From NCBI GenBank assembly GCA_964016885.1, contig OZ024756.1, positions 3,472,001 to 3,536,000 on the forward strand: a stretch of 64,000 nucleotides of DNA, read 5' to 3'. Below the pieces are notes generated by a model. That model searched no databases. It was not told the DNA's origin and was given only the letters and a program-made list of their open reading frames with translations. Positions 1 through 11,393 of this stretch are shown here, piece after piece. Numbering within the stretch: position 1 is the first letter of the stretch; each line of letters opens with the position of its first letter. The position numbers were made by a program, and so were the translations under genes. Source of the DNA: Eledone cirrhosa (taxonomy: Eukaryota).

Positions 1-1200
1 TCTAAATTTGTAGGCTAGTTCGCCTCTAGGGGTTGTATTGATGAACATTACACTCTGGTATTTATTGCTATCATACCATGAGTTTATTCTATTGGCCTTG
101 TTCCTAGTTCTTTCTATTCTATTCCAAAATTTGCTCCTATACAAGGGGCAGGTCCCATTTATGTCATTATTTACCATTTTTTCCCATTTGGTTCTGGCTC
201 CTTTATACACTCTGATTCTATCTCTCTGATTGTAGCCAGAGAACTGCATACGGTGGATGAAGTGTTGTATGTGTCTCTCTAGTTCTTCGGGGTTGCACAT
301 GCGGGACACATTTCTCATCACCCGTACCAAATCCGCAATCAGTATGTTGATTTTGGTATGGTCCGAAATGGCCGAGTTTCGGTGGATCAGATGTTTGGAA
401 GTCATGGGTTTGGCATAATGGGAATGGAGGATTTGTTTTTGGTTGTTAATGGTATCTAACCAGAGCTCTGTGTCTAGTACAGGTAATCGATGGTTGGGGT
501 GTCTACTTGGGTAGTCTATAGTAACTCTAATGCTCTGGTGGATGGAGTTTGCTATTTGCTGGATGCTTTCCATTGTGTTTTTCTCTAGTTCCTGACTGTT
601 CTTTAGTGGGGGTGTCTTAACTACGATGTTTATATCATCTACGTAGCGGGAGTACATTATCAGGGTTAAGCTGTCTTCTAATTGTTCATTAAGTTTTTGT
701 TTAAGTCTACTGTCCCACCATACCATGAATAAGTTAGCTATGTCGCCTGCAATGCTAACACCAATGGATGCTCCTTCCTCTTGGGCATATGTTTTACCAT
801 TAAATTTGAACATATGTTCCTTAAGGGTTAATTTTATGCTGGCCCCTACCGCATGTGCAATCATTTTCTTCAGTTCATCGTGGTTTTCGGGTGTCCGTAT
901 GGCTCTGGTCCACCCGTTCCATCTATCTGTGTGGGTTTTCTTGGCCATTGAGGTAATGGTAGGTGGTCTGCCTCTTGCTGGTCTTGTAGGGCACAGGTTG
1001 CTAAGGTCATAAGTGTCTAGGTAACTATTACTATGGGTAAGCTTAAGTAGAAGTCCCAGCTCACTGGTATCAATCCCACGGAACTCAACCTTGCTCTCGC
1101 TGATCATTTCTACGCATTTCTCCACAGCAAAATCCACGTCAATAGATGGATACAGGGACACAACATCCATACTGCCTATTATGCAGTTTGTTAGGTCCCC
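1..1200 (-). CDS. Penelope-like element reverse transcriptase (Naiad/Chlamys-like), 5'-truncated, continues beyond the left window edge
   Basis: Manual translation of the minus frame 1200->1 has no stop: GDLTNCIIGSMDVVSLYPSIDV (motif A) ... LCPTRPARGRPPTIT ... HMFKFNGKTYAQEEGASIGVSIAGDIANLFMVWWD (motif B) ... YSRYVDDI (catalytic motif C, ~631-654) ... VTIDYPSRHPNHRLPVLD ... HYAKPMTSKHLIHRNSA ... RMQFSGY ... CPLYRSKFW ... SVMFINTTPRGELA. These are PLE RT, thumb and linker motifs. The clade assignment is from recalled motifs. Confidence 0.92.
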
Positions 1201-1244
1201 AGATCGGTTACCCGCGCCGATTCTGCTGATAATTTTGCTGGCTA

Positions 1245-1362
1245 ATAAATTAACGAGCAAGAGACTGAGCATTCTAGAGACACGTGTATCCTGTCGGCCA
1301 TTCTCAGGGAGATTCAGTATGACATAATTTATGACAACACTGGGCCGTTTTAATTACAAGTA
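1245..1362. mobile_element. Fragment of an interspersed SINE-like repeat abutting the PLE truncation point
   Basis: AAATTAACGAGCAAGAGACTGAGCATTCTAGAGACACGTGTATCC resembles 4895-4950 (AAATTAACGTGAATTTGGCTGACCATTCCACAGACATTGTACC), so it is a second copy of the same repeat. Confidence 0.55.
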
Positions 1363-1435
1363 CAGTCCAGTGTCCGTCAACTCAATTTCCTTCACAGTGC
1401 ATGGCTCCACATTTGCTCAATATGTCACTCAATCG

Positions 1436-1621
1436 GTGGATTGGCAGTATCGGTAGAGGGTCGGACGCCATGTTTTGCAGCAAAGAGTTATGGCCCTTTA
1501 TGGTCTGAGTTCAAATCCCGCCGAGGTTAACTTTGCCTTTCATCCTTACGGGGTCGATAAAATAAAGTACCCATAATACACTAGGATAATTGCTGGCCTT
1601 GTGCCAAAAGTAGGAACAATA
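1436..1621 (+). mobile_element. tRNA-derived SINE with a Meta/MESC-like core
   Basis: A-box-like TGGCAGTATCGG and B-box GAGTTCAAATCC. Core AACTTTGCCTTTCATCCTTACGGGGTCGATAAAATAAAGTACC. 3' end GGCCTTGTGCCAAAAGTAG. Several other copies occur in the window. Confidence 0.88.
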
Positions 1622-1812
1622 TGTCACTCAATGAGATTGAATCTATGACCTAATAGTTGCAAATCAAACTCCTTAAATATTTTACTCTATACTGTATCCA
1701 TACACTCGAATTTATGCAGCAAGTTAACCAGCGTCAATTTTGAACTAAAAGCGCAGAAAGTCGGAACATTCACTGCAAGGTATTTTAATTTGACACCGTT
1801 AATATATATATA

Positions 1813-2834
1813 CTAGCATTAAAGCCCCGCGTTGCTCGGGGTCAGTAAGTTACCAAAGTTAGGTTGCACCACCGATTTTATGGCAGCACTTTTTTTGTCT
1901 GCCAGGCACTGGGTGAATGAATTGCAGACCTGGACTGCCGAAGCAGGAGCTGCGCCAGCAGTGACAATTGTAGTTTCGCCTATGGATATTATCTCTGTGC
2001 AAAGAAGTGTTGAACTTTATTGTTTCACAGTACTTGCGCAACACGGGCGTAGACGATGCCAGCCGAACAACATAGCTGCGATGGAGTTGTTCTGCATGGT
2101 TGTCTAATGTGTGTTTTCTGAATTTAAGACAGTAAGGAGGGGTGTGATATGGGGGAGAGTTAGCTGCTGTTTCTAGCAGGTTTAGTGACCTCATAGAGGA
2201 TATGTCTTTTTTAAATTTAAGTTAGTAGGGAGGGGTGTAATATGGGGGAGAGTTAGCTGCTTTTTCTAGCAGGTTTAGTGACCTCATAGAGGATATTATT
2301 GTGTATAGTAAATAAACTGATACTTCTTTCTTCCACGTCCGTTGAGAGATGTTTAAAAAAGATATATCGCTATTTTTTTGGTTGTTGAATAAATTTTTCT
2401 GTTGCTTTTGAATAATTGTTGTTTCGTATGAAATGTAATAAGTTCTCTTTGTCATTGAAGTAAATAAATGTTTGACCGTTCCACACTCAAAAACAAACGT
2501 TCTCTCTCTCACTCTCTTCTTTCTTCGGAGTTCCTAAAGGAAGTTTGTAAGTTTAAGCGTATATAAGATAAAGTTGCAGCATGTATGTAGTTTTATCGAA
2601 TTTTAAGGGGTGTAGAGAAAGGATATCAGATTGTATTAGAGGGGTAAAGCGTAATGTATTTAGTTTTATCGATTATTTCCGTAATTGTGGGTGAGATTGA
2701 AATAAATAAATAGTCGTTGACCTGAGTTAGACCATTTACAACATTCTTACAGACGTTGAGTCAAATCGGTTTGAAATTGTGAAAATGTATAAACATGGAA
2801 CATGCACAGACAACAACAATCTGCCTTGTATAGA
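1813..2834 (-). mobile_element. Probable non-autonomous Helitron
   Basis: The minus strand reads A|TC... (2834) to ...CTAG|T (1813), i.e. inserted between A and T with no TSD. A GC hairpin CCCCG-N7-CGGGG at 1825-1841 lies ~12 nt from the CTAG end. There is an internal ~70-bp direct duplication (2132-2203 / 2225-2294). The 2834 boundary is less certain than the CTAG end. Confidence 0.65.
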
Positions 2835-2895
2835 TAATGATAAATAAAAGAAATGGTGAACTGAAAAATTTAGTTAACATAATAGCGCATGCATA

Positions 2896-3052
2896 GGCCG
2901 CGAATTGGTAGAGTCGTTAGAACATCGGATAGAATGTTTTGTGGTATTAGTTCCGGCTTTCTTCTCTCCGAGTTCAAATCCCGCCGAGGTCAACTTTGCC
3001 TTTCATCGTTTCACGGTCGATAAGTACCAGTCTTGTACTGGAGTCGATTCTT
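2896..3052 (+). mobile_element. tRNA-derived SINE copy (same family, diverged)
   Basis: TTGGTAGAGTCGTTAG...GAGTTCAAATCCCGCCGAGGTCAACTTTGCCTTTCATC...GGTCGATAAGTACCAG. Confidence 0.85.
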
Positions 3053-3153
3053 CCTCTATCGTTTTCTCATTTCCTCCCTCTCTCACTTTCTATCATTCTC
3101 TGGAAGAAACCTGCTCCACTCAGGCCTGGAGATGGCTCTGGCAGGCTTTACAA

Positions 3154-3309
3154 AAATGCCCAACAAACGCCGTATGTCAATACGACGCTCCTACGACTTT
3201 ATCAGGAGGTACGGAACCATACATAGATACAATAACGTATGCATAAACCCGTAACTCCTGATGAAGTCATAAAGGCAACGTTGTGACATACGGTGTATAA
3301 CGGGCATTT
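3154..3309. repeat. Imperfect inverted repeat (~60-bp arms, ~35-bp spacer)
   Basis: 3154-3214 AAATGCCC...CCGTATGTCA...GACTTTATCAGGAGGTACGG aligns with the reverse complement of 3249-3309. The match extends weakly to 3129/3333. Confidence 0.8.
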
Positions 3310-3689
3310 AAAACCTGGTCGAGCCCATGTCTCTTTTGCTCTCAACGCTCTCAATTTTTTCAGGAAGTTTGAAACACAAAATTTACCTAATTTCGGATCC
3401 CATATAATAGCGTTGTTGGAGTAAATGAGGGTGAGGTGGAAAATCGGTAATTTCTCCAGGTTTTCTCCATGGATTATAAAAAAGGAAAGCCAGAATTAAT
3501 CGTTTAGTTTACATATTGAGACTCCAACCCATCCTATTTATTTTATAACTTATGAGATTTCTAGTAATTTATTTTTTTGTCATGTATAATATTTTGCAAT
3601 GTTTAAAGAAAATTAATCGGCGCAGGAATGATATCATTTCAAATAACATTTCGTCGGAGATAGGTCAGCAAAATGTAATACGCGTGTGA

Positions 3690-3774
3690 GGGGTTGGAAT
3701 AAGAGCGAGGGTGGAATAAATCTGAGAAAATTAATAGGCGGGGGTGAGGGCACAATTATTCGAGACCCGAGAGT
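3690..3774. mobile_element. Possible terminal fragment of a non-autonomous DNA transposon
   Basis: Subterminal GGAATAA repeats end in ATTATTCGAGACCCGAGAGT, a MITE-like terminus. No partner end was found. Confidence 0.3.
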
Positions 3775-4039
3775 TACTGAGATACGAAATCAGAACCGAT
3801 TGGTCAGAAAGAAACGCTGCAAAGTATTTAAAGAATACATTTAATGTATGTTTGTAAGTATGTGTGTATGTGAGTGTGTGCGTGTGCGTGTGCGTGTGAG
3901 TGTGTGTGATCCCTCAGCAGAATATTAATACTTAGGAAAGAAGTCAAAGTCTTGTAAGATAGTGGGGAGAAGTAAATAGTCTAAAATCATCTGATTGATA
4001 AAATGACAAGTCAGTCAATGATATTGGTGGCCTCCCCAC

Positions 4040-4252
4040 AGCCCCGGCGGACAGAATGGAGAAGGTGTTTCCCCGGAGGACGGCAAGAGAGACGCGCTGG
4101 AAAAGCCATTCCAGCTCACGAGGCTCATACTTGCGGCTGGCCAGCTCAGCGCCTATGGTGGTGAGTAGGGAGGTAGCCTTAGGGCCGAGGACACCAGAAG
4201 TCTCCACTGCCAAGGGTACAACCGCAAACCTGTCGGAGAGCGCCGGTATTTA
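4040..4252 (-). pseudogene. C-terminal fragment of a CRE-like non-LTR retrotransposon ORF (restriction-like endonuclease region)
   Basis: (KY, 1-nt frameshift)..ALSDRFAVVPLAVETSGVLGPKATSLLTTIGAELASRKYEPRELEWLFQRVSLAVLRGNTFSIL matches the F-x-P-x-A-x-ET-x-G-x-x-G...QR-x-S-x-A-x-x-RGN pattern at the end of CRE-clade ORFs. Confidence 0.8.
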
Positions 4253-4544
4253 AAGAGTTCTGAATTTACAAAGTATTTTGTCCGGCATTATAGCGGACGT
4301 GTCGTCCGCTTTAGATCTAACAGTTTCACTAAATTTTGACATGTAAAGTACAAATATTTGACAGAAACCTCTGACTCAAACATTAAATAGTCGGCTGATT
4401 AACAACTCTTCTCTTTAATGTTGATTTATTTAGTTATCAAATTTTACTGCAAATAAAATTTGTGGAATCTTTACTTTCGTTGTGGTCTTTCATTTTTTTA
4501 ATATTTTATTTTGGCAAACGAACAAAGTGCCAACATACACAAGC

Positions 4545-4571
4545 ATATGTGTGTATGTATGTATATATATG

Positions 4572-4658
<87 letters not shown>

Positions 4659-4672
4659 ACGTAAGTACGTAC

Positions 4673-4734
<62 letters not shown>

Positions 4735-4775
4735 GTAATTACGTACGTACGTATATATATATATATATATGAGAG
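4545..4775. repeat. (TA)n/(TG)n compound microsatellite
   Basis: Direct reading. Confidence 0.98.
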
Positions 4776-4849
4776 AAAAGAATACTCGGTAAGCGAAGGA
4801 GGTCTGGGATCTAGTCGACGGCAAGGAATGGATCTCAGTCAGATTCGAC

Positions 4850-4985
4850 GAGGAGGGGTTCCAGTTGATCAATCACCAGAACAGATTACTCATGAAATTA
4901 ACGTGAATTTGGCTGACCATTCCACAGACATTGTACCGTAAACGTAATTCCCACATATCTTAAGCAAGACATGGCAAGGCTGGAC
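4850..4985. mobile_element. Degenerate fragment of the SINE-like repeat also seen at 1245-1362
   Basis: GGGGTTCCAGTTGATC...GAAATTAACGTG...GGCTGACCATTCCACAGACA...ACAAGGCAAGGCTGG-like end. Confidence 0.55.
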
Positions 4986-5159
4986 ATTCGAATTACTGAG
5001 TCCATCTGGCGGGCTTCCATATAGTTTCCGTCTACACAATTTCACCCATAAAACATGGTTTGATTGGATGTTTTACTTATGAGACATATCAAACTCGGGA
5101 TCAATTTATTATGAAGCAAACTTCTTCATGAGATATGTAGAATTATGGAAGATGGTGAA

Positions 5160-5425
5160 TGAAAAAAATATTTTCTTTTATAACAATAGCTGTAAACGCC
5201 GAAAATAAGTGTAAAATTACGAACATATACACAAGGTCCGAACACAGAGGAACCAAACTCCAACTGTCATCACTTCTATCTCTCCCACCCTCCAGATCTC
5301 TCACTACTATGAGTAAATGGGGACCCACGCGCTGACCGGCGCGTAATTCCGGGGGGCACAAAATAAAGAAGGTGTTTCCCCCGAAGATAGTAATGGAGAT
5401 TCGCTGGAAGAGCCATTCTTCATTA
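5160..5425 (-). pseudogene. Second, more decayed CRE-like 3' fragment with probable 3' UTR
   Basis: EEWLFQRISITIFGGNTFFIL. The nucleotide stretch GAAGGTGTTTCCCCCGAAGA...CGCTGGAAGAGCCATTC is similar to 4061-4111. Confidence 0.65.
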
Positions 5426-5802
5426 TTCGGCCAGCCTGCATCTGGTATATACGATAACATTTAGTCTCCAATATCTTCTTGAATTTAAAGGACATGGAAT
5501 TAATTTCTAAGGGAAAACACTCGGAGAGTAAGAGAGCAGGAACTCGTGAAGGAATTCTTGATAATGAAGTAATATGATGGCGTGGTGGTGGAGGGTATAG
5601 AAGTTTCTATTTTGATAGGAGTAGTCTCAGATTAACACATGATGAATAAATAGTCTCTCTATATTTTCGTAATTAACGCTTTTGACAGAAATCTCTGTAA
5701 CGAATCCTATTACAGAAAGAAGTCTCTAAGTACAAAATTTACTCCCTTAAAACTTAAAATTGATATTCTCTCAAGGTGAACATATTGCACGATAATGTGC
5801 TA

Positions 5803-5803
5803 C

Positions 5804-5882
<79 letters not shown>

Positions 5883-5897
5883 TATATATATATACAC

Positions 5898-5929
<32 letters not shown>

Positions 5930-6147
5930 ACATATATATATATATACACATATACATATATATACACATATACATATATATATATATATACACATATACA
6001 TATATATATATATACACATATACATATATAAATATATACACATATACATATATATATACACATATACATATATATATATATTCACATATACATATATATA
6101 TATATACACATATACATATATATATATATACATATATACATATATAC

Positions 6148-6179
<32 letters not shown>

Positions 6180-6295
6180 ATACACATATACATATATATA
6201 TATACACATACATATATATATATACACATACATATATATATACACATATACATATACATACATAAATACATATACATATATATATAAATATATAC

Positions 6296-6326
<31 letters not shown>

Positions 6327-6327
6327 C

Positions 6328-6373
<46 letters not shown>

Positions 6374-6548
6374 GTATATATATGCATATGTATGTTTTTA
6401 TGTATATATGCATATGTATATTTATATATATATATATGTATATACATGTATGTATATATATATATACATACATATATACATGTATGTATATATATATATA
6501 CATACATATATACTTGTATGTATATATATATATATATTTATATACTTG

Positions 6549-6611
<63 letters not shown>

Positions 6612-6665
6612 ATATACATACATATATATATATATGTTTATGTATATATAAGTGTGTGTGTTGTG
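5803..6665. repeat. Long compound (TA)n/(TACA)n microsatellite
   Basis: Direct reading. It is the source of the YI/IY pseudo-ORFs. Confidence 0.98.
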
Positions 6666-6744
6666 TGTTTCAGCAATATGTATATTACGTGCTGATAGCT
6701 GTGTTATGTATATATGGTACAATAATTATAATAATAAATGATTA

Positions 6745-6890
6745 TTTAACTTGGCAAAATTCCACACCTTAGTAAGGGAGGTATATATCTGATTAAATCA
6801 ACCCAGTGTATGTCTGGTATATAGTTTCATCATTGACTCCAGAGAAGTGAATGCTCAAATATACTTCGACGTGTGCGGTTTCGAACCAGA
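6745..6890 (-). mobile_element. Highly decayed SINE copy
   Basis: GATTAAATCAACCCAGTGTATGTCTGGTAT...ATTGACTCCAGAGAAGTGAATG matches the reverse of the SINE core. Confidence 0.5.
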
Positions 6891-7046
6891 TTCTACACAT
6901 ATACACACACACCCTCAAACACACACACTCACATATATATAATCACAGCAATATATATACATATATATAATTGGTGTTGGATGCTTAAAGCGTCCGTATG
7001 CGGTAGGCGGTATGAGCACTCGATGCTCTCATAGAGCAGAGTATGA

Positions 7047-7342
7047 TATCAGAGAAAAAAAGAGAATCAGATTTGCGACGAATGGAATTTATTGGATATA
7101 TTACAAGCGTTTCTCTGGCGACCAGCTCGAGGCACGATTGATGTGATGATCGAACCTGACTCTGAAAACCGCAAGGTGCTCAGATACGTCTTGATTCTAC
7201 GAAGCAGATTTTCCTATTAGAATCAAGACGTATCTGAGGACCTTGCGATTTTCAGAGTGAGGTTCGATCATCACATCGATCGTGCCTCGAGCTGGTCGCC
7301 AGAGAAATTCCATTCGTCGCAACACTGATTCTCTTTTTTTCT

Positions 7343-7348
<6 letters not shown>
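7047..7348. mobile_element. Inverted-repeat element, probably a 5'-truncated PLE pLTR plus its inverted copy, next to (TA)n
   Basis: 7047-7199 is a near-perfect reverse complement of 7218-7348, except for a ~21-nt deletion in the right arm. The left arm (minus strand) carries GAAAC-GCTT-GTA...AATAAATTCCATTC, similar to GAAAC-ACGT-GTC-AATAAATTCCTTTC at 13304-13329. Confidence 0.7.
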
Positions 7349-7394
<46 letters not shown>

Positions 7395-7583
7395 CTGGTT
7401 CTCACCTTTTTATGATAGAACTCAATGTGGCCTTGAAGAGATGGTTTCAACGAAATTTTGCGGTGAGTGCTATAGTTTTTGTAGTAGGCTCTCACATACA
7501 TATGACGTGATCATGTGTGGAATTCCTTTTAACATAGGTCAGCTTCAACAGGATTGAAGTGAGAACTAACACGTAACAATATT

Positions 7584-7685
7584 CGAGGTTAACTTTGCCT
7601 TTCATCCTTACGAGGTCGATAAAATAAAGTACCAGTAATACACTGGTATAATTGCTGGCCTTGTGCCAAAAGTAGAAACATTATT
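7584..7685 (+). mobile_element. 5'-truncated SINE copy
   Basis: CGAGGTTAACTTTGCCTTTCATCCTTACGAGGTCGATAAAATAAAGTACCAG...GTGCCAAAAGTAGAAACA. Confidence 0.88.
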
Positions 7686-7884
7686 AGTTCTAACTAATTG
7701 ATTTATAAACGAAACCAATTTTAAATTCTCTTTAATGAAACTTTGATATGTAGGCATCCAACATATCAACACGATTTTTATATAGAGAGGCCTTCGTGGG
7801 CGGTCTTCTGTCTTCATATCTATGGTAACTGAGGTTTAAGTATTCCACCTTCTATATGTCAGATGGAATAACAGAATTACTAAT

Positions 7885-8120
7885 TTTGGCACTAAGTCAT
7901 CAGTTGGGGTTGATGTAATCCGAGTTTCCCTTCATGTGATGAAGGGAAACTCGGATTACGTCAACCCCAGTACTTGACTGGTAGATTATTTAATCCAGAG
8001 AAGCATAGAGGTAAAGGGAATAGAAGTGGGAAAGAGATCTAGAGGAGGAAATGGCCCCAGTACTAGACTGGCGCTTTTGAAAGGTAAAGTTGACCTTGGT
8101 AGGATTTGAACTTAGAAAGG
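7885..8120 (-). mobile_element. Decayed and rearranged SINE copies containing a 31-bp hairpin
   Basis: CAACCCCAGTACTTGACTGGTA and GGTAAAGTTGACCTTGGTAGGATTTGAAC are reverse SINE core and B-box. The hairpin is at 7905-7969. Confidence 0.65.
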
Positions 8121-8190
8121 AAAAAAGCTAAGCCCTATTCCGACTCCCTAAATAAAATATCTGCCGAACAACTGCCGTGATGTGGAATGA

Positions 8191-8401
8191 AATAATTGTT
8201 TCTACTTTTGGCACAAGGCCAGCAATTTGGGGGGAGGGGGAAGTCAATTAAATCGACCCCAGTGCGTGACTGGTACTTTATTTTATAGACCCCGTAAGGA
8301 TGAAAGGCAAAGTTAACCTCGGCGGGATTTGAACTCAGACCGTAAAGGGCCGTAACTCTATACTGCAAAACATGGCGTCCGATACTGCCAAACCACCGCC
8401 C
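8191..8401 (-). mobile_element. Full-length SINE (long-tail variant) with a probable target-site duplication
   Basis: Reverse complement of the 1436 family, plus an extra ~30-nt segment (GGGGGAGGGGGAAGTCAATTAAATCG). TGATGTGGAATGA occurs on both sides (8178-8190 and 8402-8414). Confidence 0.88.
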
Positions 8402-8414
8402 TGATGTGGAATGA

Positions 8415-8603
8415 AATAATTGTTTCTACTATTGGCACAAGGCCAGCAATTACCCAGTGCATTACTGGTACTTTATTTTATAGACCCCGTAAGGATGAAA
8501 GGCAAAGTTAACCTCGGCGGAATTTGAACTCAGACCGTAAAGGGACGTAACTGTGCTGGAAAACATGGCGTCCGACCCTCTACCGATTCTGCCAAATCAC
8601 CAA
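8415..8603 (-). mobile_element. Full-length SINE (short variant)
   Basis: Reverse complement of the 1436/15241 copies. It ends in CTACCGATTCTGCCAAATCACC (A-box head). Confidence 0.88.
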
Positions 8604-8754
8604 TGCCATAAGAAACGGTTTGTTTACGACTGATAAGCTACAGAGTTGGATAAAGCTATTTAGATGCTGGCGTCAATATCACAAATATTCACAATATGTA
8701 CATATCACACGTTTTAATTGTAAGAACACAGAAACTATGTATTACATTATGTAC

Positions 8755-8785
<31 letters not shown>

Positions 8786-8799
8786 AAATATAAATATTT

Positions 8800-9480
8800 A
8801 CACATACACCAATTAAACAAAGTCACAGGTATATATGTGTTTTGGCAACTATTCACGATGTGACTCAATGAAGAATTAATAAATTAAATAATCAGAGGAA
8901 AATACTATCGAATAAAGCATGTCTAGAGAATTATTTGATAATATATATACATCATCTCTACTCCCAATCAGCATAATTAACCACACAAAAAATCAATTAG
9001 ACCAGGCTATAAGAATAACAGGCACCTATGAAGAAACAGTAAATAAATACGCCACAGCAGCGTCTTGGCGTCCAACCGTTATAGAATATTTACCCAACAT
9101 TTCAACAGCACGTGGATATTAATTAAATATACGGTCAACCATACATAGTTAGGTAAAAATTAATGTTAGAAATGCTTATATACATACCAGGATTAAATCA
9201 CTAAATCCCAACCCATGGGTTTCGCTCACTTTTGAGGTACCTTATTAAGGATGAATCTCGAGTTTAGAGCTCTTCAGGGGACAAACTCGCTAGGACATAT
9301 TATTTTCCGAAATTGCCGCCGCCAGACACGAATTTAAAATGGTTGAGAACTGTGACGTGCCAGTGGTCAAATCAGGAAGGGTGTGATTGGTTGTTTACGT
9401 TGCTTACGAGTAGAGATGATGTATATATATTATCAAATAATTCTCTGGACATGCTTTACTCTATAGTATTTTGCTCTGGT
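8800..9480 (-). mobile_element. Probable PLE pLTR remnant carrying the hammerhead, between TA-rich tracts
   Basis: Contains the hammerhead at 9205-9282. A CCAAT box (GATTGG at ~9385) lies upstream on the minus strand. The segment is flanked by (TA)n. Boundaries are approximate. Confidence 0.55.
9205..9282 (-). ncRNA. Type I hammerhead ribozyme motif (PLE/retrozyme-type)
   Basis: Minus strand: gUCCC-CUGAAGA-GCUC-[39 nt]-GAGC-GAAA-CCCAUGGG-UU^-GGGAu. Core is complete, stem II is GCUC/GAGC, stem I is UCCC/GGGA, and stem III is the palindrome ACCCATGGGT. Confidence 0.85.
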
Positions 9481-9487
9481 TATTTAA

Positions 9488-9491
9488 TATG

Positions 9492-9522
<31 letters not shown>

Positions 9523-9529
9523 GTATATA

Positions 9530-9600
<71 letters not shown>

Positions 9601-9622
9601 ATATATATATGTATATATATAT
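9488..9622. repeat. (TA)n/(TG)n microsatellite
   Basis: Direct reading. Confidence 0.97.
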
Positions 9623-10365
9623 TCGTTACTTATGTGATGGATGTATAAACTATAAATTACTTTCCCTGAATGTGAAAATGGTGGTGGATACGAAAACCAT
9701 AACTTTCTTTTGCTTCTCCTTTTTATTTTTATTTTTCTGCACACATACTTTTTTTAATTATATACAACAAATACCTTACCAATACAACCTCCATAATACT
9801 CTTACTTACCCGCTTAAAGTGTTCGTATTACATGTAATACCCTGCCACACAATAATCATATATAAATGAGACACACGTGCATGCCCCACGTGTAAATAAG
9901 GCATACACTAACTACTACATCTGACTAACAAACTATCCTCTTGCATTATCTATGTTAACTGTCGAATGTATTTTAATTTTGTTTTAATTTTGAATTTAAA
10001 TTGCTATACAGAAATAACATAGTATTATATCTGTCACTCCACTGTACATCAATGTATAAATATGTATCTGTATGTCTCTTGCGTTGGAAAGGAGGTCAAT
10101 TATGTGTACAAACATTGAAAAATGCTCTGAAGACAGCAAGCCAAGGTTTGGATGAAACAATTGTAAGTGAATAAATGCTTTGAACATAGCTTTGATTCTT
10201 GTGAATTCTATATAACTGCTCTGTAGAACAACTGATGTTATTACATTGAGCTATTTATCTTACTGGTAATAAGGTAGTAATAAATTACTGTCTTTCACTA
10301 TTTAGGGTTTAAAATATATATAACTATAAAAAGTTTTAGTATATACATAACCATAAATAGTATCC

Positions 10366-11391
<1,026 letters not shown>

Positions 11392-11393
<2 letters not shown>

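Noticed and set aside
38-1327. Three plus-strand ORFs (38, 725, 1091)
   Set aside because: They are antisense shadows of the minus-strand PLE RT.
9996-10260. Minus-strand 63-aa ORF in unique AT-rich DNA
   Set aside because: No recognisable similarity, and the length is compatible with chance.
10301-10310. TTAGGG telomeric motif
   Set aside because: A single hexamer with no array.
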